From an uncultured virus (IMG/VR IMGVR_UViG_3300032560_000008) (taxonomy: Duplodnaviria; Heunggongvirae; Uroviricota; Caudoviricetes), in IMG/VR virus record IMGVR_UViG_3300032560_000008: a stretch of 20,000 nt of DNA; one strand, 5' to 3'. The position numbers were made by a program, and so were the translations under genes. The first letter of the stretch is position 1; the number at the start of each line of letters is the position of its first letter. Under the pieces are notes generated by a model. It did no database searches and was not told the DNA's origin. It saw nothing but the letters and a program-made list of their open reading frames with translations. Shown here one piece after another: positions 14,144 through 20,000 of the stretch.

Positions 14144-15546
14144 TATTTAAAATCCCTAAAATCTCGTGAAAACTTAGATTTCTTCTTCCCTCGTTCTGAA
14201 TCTTCGTGTCCAAAGCCAGAGTTGTCAAATATAGGCTTATCATCCATAATATCTTCTTGAGCAGATTGTTCAACATCATACAGTTTCATTTTAGGTTTAT
14301 CAACACCTATAACAAACCGTTTGTTGAAATTTAGATCATTGTAACGATTCTTAAGTTGTTTCACCATATATTGATTTAATGCTGCCAATTCTTCATTTGT
14401 CATAATAGCAAACATTAGATCGGCAGTTGCAGGGAGTCCAAATGATTCTGAAGTGTCACCTAGATCAACATCCGAACTGGAGTAACCACTACGAGTAGTC
14501 TGAGTAGCAGAGACAATAGGCACATCAAACTCTACGGCCAGACCTCTAAGTTCTTCTGCAATCGCTTTCACATACATGTATGTGTTTACATTTGATGTAT
14601 ATTTCAATCGAGATGAGGCACAGATGTTTAGATAATCAATATAGATGATGTCTGGTTTAAAGTTCTTTTTAATTTTCAATTCATTTAAAAGATACCTGAA
14701 ATTTGCAGAACCTGCAGAAGCAGTTGGATATTCCTTGATGATAAGTTTTCCAGGGGTCTTGGAACAAATTCTTTTGATCTTTTTGTCATATGCTTCTTTT
14801 GTAAGAACTGAAAGATCGTCCATAGTTACATCAAGAAGATTAGCATCAATTCGTTCTGCAATTCGTTCTTCACTCATTTCCATCGTGATATAAAGAACAT
14901 TTTTACCTTTCAAAAGATGTGATGCAGCAAAATGACACATCACTAGTGTCTTACCAACACCAGTGCCACCAAGTATAACATTAAGTGTTTTATTTGATAG
15001 ACCACCTTTTGTTATTAAATTAAAATATTCTAGATCAAATGGAATTTTATTTTCTACACGATGATAAAATTCATATCGAGCATCAGAATCCTCATCCCAG
15101 TTATGACCAATGGAAGAATCAAAACTTACTGCCAAAGCATCAGAAAGAAGTTGAGGAATAGAACCTTTTGATTTGATTTTATCTTGATTATCTAGAATTT
15201 GAATTGAAGCCATAATTGCATTATATACGGCCTTTTCTTGAACCCACTTTTCGGTGGATTCTGTAAGCCATTCTAAATTTGTTTCAGGATCAAATTCAAA
15301 TTTTTCAATTATTTCCTTACAATTTTTATAGGTTGTTTCGTCAATTTTATCCTTGTTTCTAAGTTCAATCTGAAGTACTTCTTGTGTTGGGAATGAATTA
15401 TACTTTTGAACATATGCTTCAATTAGCCCAAAACAAGTCTTTTCAAAATTATCAAGAAAATACTCAGACTTTAGAAAAGGAATTACTTTACGACCATAAT
15501 CTTCTCGGAAGACCAGATTACTAAGTACTACTCGTTCTATATTCAT
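14143..15546 (-). CDS. gp41: Replicative DNA helicase, T4 gp41-like (DnaB family)
   Basis: Walker A GGTGVGKT, YITMEM, IKEYPT, Walker B IYIDYL, AEELRGL, SESFGLPATAD and QLKNRY. Confidence 0.97.
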   Translation of the reverse strand: MNIERVVLSNLVFREDYGRKVIPFLKSEYFLDNFEKTCFGLIEAYVQKYNSFPTQEVLQIELRNKDKIDETTYKNCKEIIEKFEFDPETNLEWLTESTEKWVQEKAVYNAIMASIQILDNQDKIKSKGSIPQLLSDALAVSFDSSIGHNWDEDSDARYEFYHRVENKIPFDLEYFNLITKGGLSNKTLNVILGGTGVGKTLVMCHFAASHLLKGKNVLYITMEMSEERIAERIDANLLDVTMDDLSVLTKEAYDKKIKRICSKTPGKLIIKEYPTASAGSANFRYLLNELKIKKNFKPDIIYIDYLNICASSRLKYTSNVNTYMYVKAIAEELRGLAVEFDVPIVSATQTTRSGYSSSDVDLGDTSESFGLPATADLMFAIMTNEELAALNQYMVKQLKNRYNDLNFNKRFVIGVDKPKMKLYDVEQSAQEDIMDDKPIFDNSGFGHEDSERGKKKSKFSRDFRDFK

Positions 15547-15562
15547 TTAAAACCTTTCTGTG

Positions 15563-16606
15563 TCAGAAAGTTTCTTCTGTATTCATAATTTTCTTATCAG
15601 AGAAAGAATACTTATTTTTGATCCACGTTGCAAAATCGGTAGTTGATAAAATATCCTTCCAGAATTCTGAATTGTTAATGAAGTCTCCTGCTCTCATATT
15701 TGATCCAAGTTCACCCGTAGTCCTATCGACCTTGCAATACCAACCATTCTTGGGCTTTGCAATATATCCACCTTCTAGCGCTAGATCAAGAAGACCAGAC
15801 CAACGATTGATACCAGAATCAAAATTTACTGTAATTGGAATCTTAGACTTTTCACGAACAAGCCGAGACTTTTCAATATTGATAATAAAATGATACCCTA
15901 AAAGATCCTTATCATCCTTATCTTGTTGACGACCGATAATCCAAATATCATTTGCAGAGTAGTATACTCCAGTTCCGCCTGACACAATTGGTTTAGAATA
16001 CATCTCTTGTGTCATATAGATATGATTGACCACAACCATAGGAATATCTTTTAAGGTAAGATGTGGTGTCACCATACGGAATAGCGACTTAAGTTGCTTA
16101 GCACGAGTCATATCTGCGGCAGATTTACCTGCCTCAGCATCATCTACTTCCTTCTTTGATGCAAGATTGCCAACGGAATCAACAACAATCATCACACGAT
16201 CTTCACGCTTGATTTCCTTAAGTTGTCTCATAATATCAAACTTAAGTTCCTCAATATCCGTAATAGGAGTATGAACAACAGAATTCATATCAATATCAAA
16301 TGATGAGAAATATGATTCAGGTGTTCCAAATTCTGAATCATAAAATAGAATAATTCCATCCTTATATTTCTTAAGGAAAGCAGAGGCCATCAAAAGAGAA
16401 AAAGCAGTCTTGAAGTGCTTTGATGGTGCTGCAAGAACAGTAAGACCTGGCATGAGACCACCATCAATGGAACCGGAAAGGGCAACATTAATCAGCGGAA
16501 CAGTAGTTGGAATCATATCCTTCTTGCCGTATACCTTACTGTCCGTAAGAGTTGCAGTTGCATCAATCGTTGAATTCTTAATAAGACGTGCTTTTATATC
16601 AGACAT
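15563..16606 (-). CDS. uvsX: RecA-like recombinase UvsX
   Basis: NVALSG, Walker A variant APSKHFKT, YDSEFG, DSVGNLASKKE, DMTRAK and SGGTG; SD GGAG. Confidence 0.97.
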   Translation of the reverse strand: MSDIKARLIKNSTIDATATLTDSKVYGKKDMIPTTVPLINVALSGSIDGGLMPGLTVLAAPSKHFKTAFSLLMASAFLKKYKDGIILFYDSEFGTPESYFSSFDIDMNSVVHTPITDIEELKFDIMRQLKEIKREDRVMIVVDSVGNLASKKEVDDAEAGKSAADMTRAKQLKSLFRMVTPHLTLKDIPMVVVNHIYMTQEMYSKPIVSGGTGVYYSANDIWIIGRQQDKDDKDLLGYHFIINIEKSRLVREKSKIPITVNFDSGINRWSGLLDLALEGGYIAKPKNGWYCKVDRTTGELGSNMRAGDFINNSEFWKDILSTTDFATWIKNKYSFSDKKIMNTEETF

Positions 16607-16628
16607 ATTTGTTCTCCAGATTTTTTAT

Positions 16629-16656
16629 ACTATATCACTTTAGTTTGGATTATCAA
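16629..16656 (-). promoter_or_regulatory. Sigma70-type promoter for uvsX
   Basis: TTGATA (16656-16651), 16-nt spacer, extended -10 TGaTATAGT (-10 at 16634-16629). Confidence 0.6.
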
Positions 16657-19154
16657 CCAAAGAAATTCATCAATGTGTTTCGTTTTTCAACTGACCATCC
16701 AATTACGTCGAGAATACCTTTGATTGGTTCCACAAAGGTCTTTTCAAACTGTGTGTCATAGTCGATGTATTTTTCAAGACCAAACTCCTTGGGCAAATCA
16801 TCAAGTACTGCTATGACATTTTCACGAATTGGATTTGGCACTTTTAGATAAGCAAACTTGATCTTATCACCATCACCAATAGTCATATACTTATCAAGCA
16901 GATTTTTTTCCTTGAGGAGATTATTGAAAAGAAGAGCACCACGAACTTGAATGGGTGTCCCAGAAGCATAGATACTATTTTTATCGGTATACTTATCAAT
17001 ATTATTCATACCCCGAGGAAATGCAACCTCCTCGAAAGGAAGAGTAATAAAATATTTCTTGAAATCTGAAATATATTGCTGCACGGATTCTTCATCCTTA
17101 TTCATAATCATTTCAAGAACAGTTTTAATATTCTTCCGACATACCTTTGGTGTTGATGACCGAACTGCCTCAATACCTTGAATTTTTAACTTGGGTTCAG
17201 AGTATTGCACACCCTCAATGTTCCATGCATTGAGAATATACATTTTTTTGGCTTTCCATATTCCTTTATCAGCAATGGTCTCTCGTTTCATCCTCATTTT
17301 TTGTTGATATGCATTTACATAGTCTGCCAATTCCTGATATGCTTTATCCATAAAAGGTTTGATTTTCCTTTCACAGAATGCATCAAGAATTTTAGTGATC
17401 CTGACAGGATCCGTTTCATCAAGAGTTTGCACAAGATTATTCATTTCAATATAGGCCGAATCAGTATCAGAAGCAATTACATAGTCTACATTTGATGTGT
17501 TTAGAACTTTATTCAAATAGCCATTGATCTTCATCTCGATCCAACGAATGGTTAGCTGGCCAGATGATGTAATTGCCTCGGCAAGATTGAAATCAAACCA
17601 ACGGAAATATTCATTTGCCAGAGCACCATAAGCAGAGTTTAGAAGAATTTTCATGGCAAGTTGTCGATTGTGATACCGTGAAATTTCGTTTGAAACTAGT
17701 CTCCGTTTTTCATTTTCAGTTTCTGGAATAGTCTCAAGTTGTTTCTTGGCATCAAGCATTTTCTGTTTAAATTCTACACGTTCGTTATAAATGGATTCCA
17801 TGAGAGCAGCAAGGAATCCTTGTTTATCACGTCGATACCGAGTACCATTAGCAGCATATGTATAGTCATCCGTAAAAGATAACTTGCCATTGAGAATAGC
17901 ATCTATGGAAGGAGATGATTCCTTGCGCATCACATACGTATCAGGGGAGATATTATAGCCCATAATCAAATGAGGATAAAGACTGTCAAGATCGAATGAA
18001 ACTACCCAACGATTCATTCCAGTCTTTACATCTTTTACGTGACCACCCATCAATGATTGGAGTGACTTACCTTTCTTGAATTGATGAATGACTATTGCTC
18101 GATCAAGCAGATAGTTGTGAATAATAACATCCCAAGGTCTTACTGTTGTAAACATATCATTATAATTGACTTTTGCTCGATATGCCAGAGCCACAACAAG
18201 TTCAATGAATTTTAATTTTTCCTCGAACATGTCAATCAATTCAACATCTCGAATGTTGTAGTCGATAAACAGTTCAAAATTTTTCACATATAAATCATTC
18301 AGTGATCCATATTGTGAATAATCAAGTTTCTTGACACCAAGTTCCTCTTCTGCAATAGTATCCAACTTGTAATTTTCATGGTTTGAGAATGAAAACTTAC
18401 GATACAGATGATAGTAATCTAGAACATTGATGCCAGCAGGTGTAAATGTCTGGTTTGTTTTACCACGAATTTCCACCGAATTTTCGATGAGAATTCCCCA
18501 AGGTGATAACTTTTCAGCATCTTTAACACCAAGAACATTTGTGATACGATTTACTAGATATGGAATATCAAAGAATTCAATATTCCAGCCAGTAACAATA
18601 TCAGGGGAAAACCGACCAGACTGCCAAACATGTAGAAATTTCGATAGCAATTCATATTCATCTTTGCAATGAATATAAGTGATTTTATCAGACTTAGGTT
18701 TGTATGGCTTCAAACCAAATACAACCTTTTCACCACGTCGAGAAATGGTGATAGCAGTTACCTCTTTATCGGCCTTAAGAATATCTGGAAATCCACCGCT
18801 AGAATCGGTCTCAATATCTAATGAAATAATATTGATCTTACTAGGATCGTACTGAATATCTCCATGATATTCATCATAGATAAAAAGATATTTAAAGTCA
18901 TTCAGGCCATAGACTTCAAAGTTGGCTACATCATCATAGCGCTTTACAAAGTCACGGGCATCAGAGATAGAATCGAACAAAAGTTTTTCAACCGGTTTCC
19001 CATCGAGTGTATGGAATTCCGTTTGAGCATTCTTCTTGGCCGGGAGAAACATATAAGGCTTGTAGTTGATTACTTTTGAAACTCTTTCAGTTCCATTATA
19101 ACCGCGGAGATAGATTTTATTTCCACGCTGATATACATTTGTGTAAAATTTCAA
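16653..19154 (-). CDS. gp43: Family B DNA polymerase, T4 gp43-like (TTG start)
   Basis: ExoI DIET, ExoII GWNIEFFD, ExoIII YNIRD, polymerase motifs DLDSLYP, KILLNSAYG and SDTDS; uninterrupted 833 aa; SD AGGAG. Confidence 0.98.
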   Translation of the reverse strand: MKFYTNVYQRGNKIYLRGYNGTERVSKVINYKPYMFLPAKKNAQTEFHTLDGKPVEKLLFDSISDARDFVKRYDDVANFEVYGLNDFKYLFIYDEYHGDIQYDPSKINIISLDIETDSSGGFPDILKADKEVTAITISRRGEKVVFGLKPYKPKSDKITYIHCKDEYELLSKFLHVWQSGRFSPDIVTGWNIEFFDIPYLVNRITNVLGVKDAEKLSPWGILIENSVEIRGKTNQTFTPAGINVLDYYHLYRKFSFSNHENYKLDTIAEEELGVKKLDYSQYGSLNDLYVKNFELFIDYNIRDVELIDMFEEKLKFIELVVALAYRAKVNYNDMFTTVRPWDVIIHNYLLDRAIVIHQFKKGKSLQSLMGGHVKDVKTGMNRWVVSFDLDSLYPHLIMGYNISPDTYVMRKESSPSIDAILNGKLSFTDDYTYAANGTRYRRDKQGFLAALMESIYNERVEFKQKMLDAKKQLETIPETENEKRRLVSNEISRYHNRQLAMKILLNSAYGALANEYFRWFDFNLAEAITSSGQLTIRWIEMKINGYLNKVLNTSNVDYVIASDTDSAYIEMNNLVQTLDETDPVRITKILDAFCERKIKPFMDKAYQELADYVNAYQQKMRMKRETIADKGIWKAKKMYILNAWNIEGVQYSEPKLKIQGIEAVRSSTPKVCRKNIKTVLEMIMNKDEESVQQYISDFKKYFITLPFEEVAFPRGMNNIDKYTDKNSIYASGTPIQVRGALLFNNLLKEKNLLDKYMTIGDGDKIKFAYLKVPNPIRENVIAVLDDLPKEFGLEKYIDYDTQFEKTFVEPIKGILDVIGWSVEKRNTLMNFFG

Positions 19155-19180
19155 AATGCAAGTCTCCTACTAATACTATT

Positions 19181-19209
19181 ATTATATCACGTTTGTAGGA
19201 AATTGTCAA
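19181..19209 (-). promoter_or_regulatory. Consensus sigma70 promoter for gp43
   Basis: TTGACA (19209-19204), 17-nt spacer, extended -10 TGaTATAAT (-10 at 19186-19181). Confidence 0.9.
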
Positions 19210-19823
19210 CAACCAAATACACTCAGAGCTTTATCATATAGCCGTTCTCTTTCATTTAAACCAAGCTTATTCCCGTTGATGGTGATGGTAGCTTTAATTA
19301 TATCTTGTGCATCGGCATCTTTATTGAGATTATATTTGTTCCAATACCATACAGCAGATTCCACTGCACCTTCTGGTGTTTCAAGATAAGAGACAGCAGA
19401 AGTAACATCAGCATTAATACTGGTTGCAAATTCAGTATAAAGGGATCTTCCTGTTAGCTGAATTAGACCTCTACCTCTAAAGAGATATCCATCACCAGAT
19501 TCTTCATTTCCATTTCCCATTCTATTAGAATATATTCTATTTCCAATTTTCTCTGGGTTGTGCGCATAAAGAGAAACATTTGTTTCTGTAAAATGTGATG
19601 GAAATACTTCTAGAAGTCTCTGTGCGGAATAATTCAGATTTTCACGAGTATATGTGAAACCACCAGATTCATGACCAACTTGTGCAATAAACATTGCAAC
19701 ACGAAGTTCGGTGTTGATATTTCCACCTTCTAGAAACTTATTCAGCGGAGGAATATATGAATTGAGTATAGTTTCATTTGTTGTTTCAAACATGCTTTGT
19801 AGTTGTACAAGTGTAATTTCCAT
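19206..19823 (-). CDS. Glycoside hydrolase family 19 endolysin/chitinase
   Basis: FIAQVGHESGGF..RENL catalytic region, Y.NRMGNG, FRGRGLIQLTG, A.WYW and T..ING motifs. Confidence 0.92.
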   Translation of the reverse strand: MEITLVQLQSMFETTNETILNSYIPPLNKFLEGGNINTELRVAMFIAQVGHESGGFTYTRENLNYSAQRLLEVFPSHFTETNVSLYAHNPEKIGNRIYSNRMGNGNEESGDGYLFRGRGLIQLTGRSLYTEFATSINADVTSAVSYLETPEGAVESAVWYWNKYNLNKDADAQDIIKATITINGNKLGLNERERLYDKALSVFGC

Positions 19824-19835
19824 AACATATTCCTT

Positions 19836-19864
19836 AAAAGAGTAGAGGGGCCGAAGCCCCTCTA
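19836..19864 (-). terminator. Intrinsic terminator with C(UUCG)G tetraloop
   Basis: UAGAGGGGC-UUCG-GCCCCUCUA followed by CUCUUUU. Confidence 0.85.
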
Positions 19865-19870
19865 TTTAGA
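19863..19870 (-). promoter_or_regulatory. Possible late promoter TCTAAATA overlapping the terminator 5' arm
   Basis: One mismatch to TATAAATA, about 40 nt upstream of the endolysin ATG. Confidence 0.5.
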
Positions 19871-19994
19871 GTAGATGTAATGATTTAAGCTCGTGTAGTT
19901 TAAATCTTAGTTGTTTATAATCAGAGCATGAATCCAACTTTGTGGATCGTTCTCTGAAAAAGCTAACAAGTCTATTGATAAAAGTTTTAAGCAT
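19866..19994 (-). CDS. Small hypothetical protein (42 aa, not in ORF track)
   Basis: MLKTFINRLVSFFRERSTKLDSCSDYKQLRFKLHELKSLHLL*, ending immediately before the terminator; SD lies outside the window. Confidence 0.5.
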   Translation of the reverse strand: MLKTFINRLVSFFRERSTKLDSCSDYKQLRFKLHELKSLHLL

Positions 19995-20000
19995 TTTTCA

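Noticed and set aside
414..19079. All plus-strand ORFs in the track, and nested minus-strand ORFs 1967..2200, 6775..6960, 8031..8366 and 14091..14279
   Set aside because: Shadow ORFs overlapping well-supported minus-strand genes, with no SD or recognisable motifs.
14143..19154. Introns, inteins or homing endonucleases in gp43, uvsX or gp41
   Set aside because: ORFs are uninterrupted and of normal length, and intergenic gaps are under 50 nt.
1..20000. tRNA genes or stop-codon reassignment
   Set aside because: No cloverleaf with T-loop/CCA seen by eye; TAA, TAG and TGA all end genes and core genes are full-length in the standard code.

Overview
A 20-kb segment of a large, AT-rich T4-like (Tevenvirinae/Kyanoviridae-like) myophage genome; all real genes are on the minus strand. 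In transcription order: a 42-aa ORF, a UUCG terminator, a GH19 endolysin/chitinase, then the replication core (DNA polymerase gp43, UvsX, helicase gp41) behind sigma70-type promoters. Between gp41 and primase gp61 lies a ~9.5-kb late cassette. It opens with a self-contained, structured ~150-nt non-coding transcription unit (late promoter TATAAATA, structured RNA, GNRA terminator). A second late promoter then drives a HAD phosphatase, a PD-(D/E)xK-like nuclease, a KxDG ligase-like nucleotidyltransferase and a HIGH-type cytidylyltransferase-like protein, most with T4 capsid-targeting-like N-termini. Dps, a probable processed core polyprotein, structural proteins and holin-like proteins follow. 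Downstream of primase are small hypothetical ORFs, an SGNH hydrolase and a tandem array of tiny QVxx-repeat paralogues that runs off the window edge. The best candidate for an undescribed system is the late ncRNA plus the putatively virion-packaged phosphatase/nuclease/ligase/nucleotidyltransferase cluster. All calls come from manual motif reading; no searches were run.
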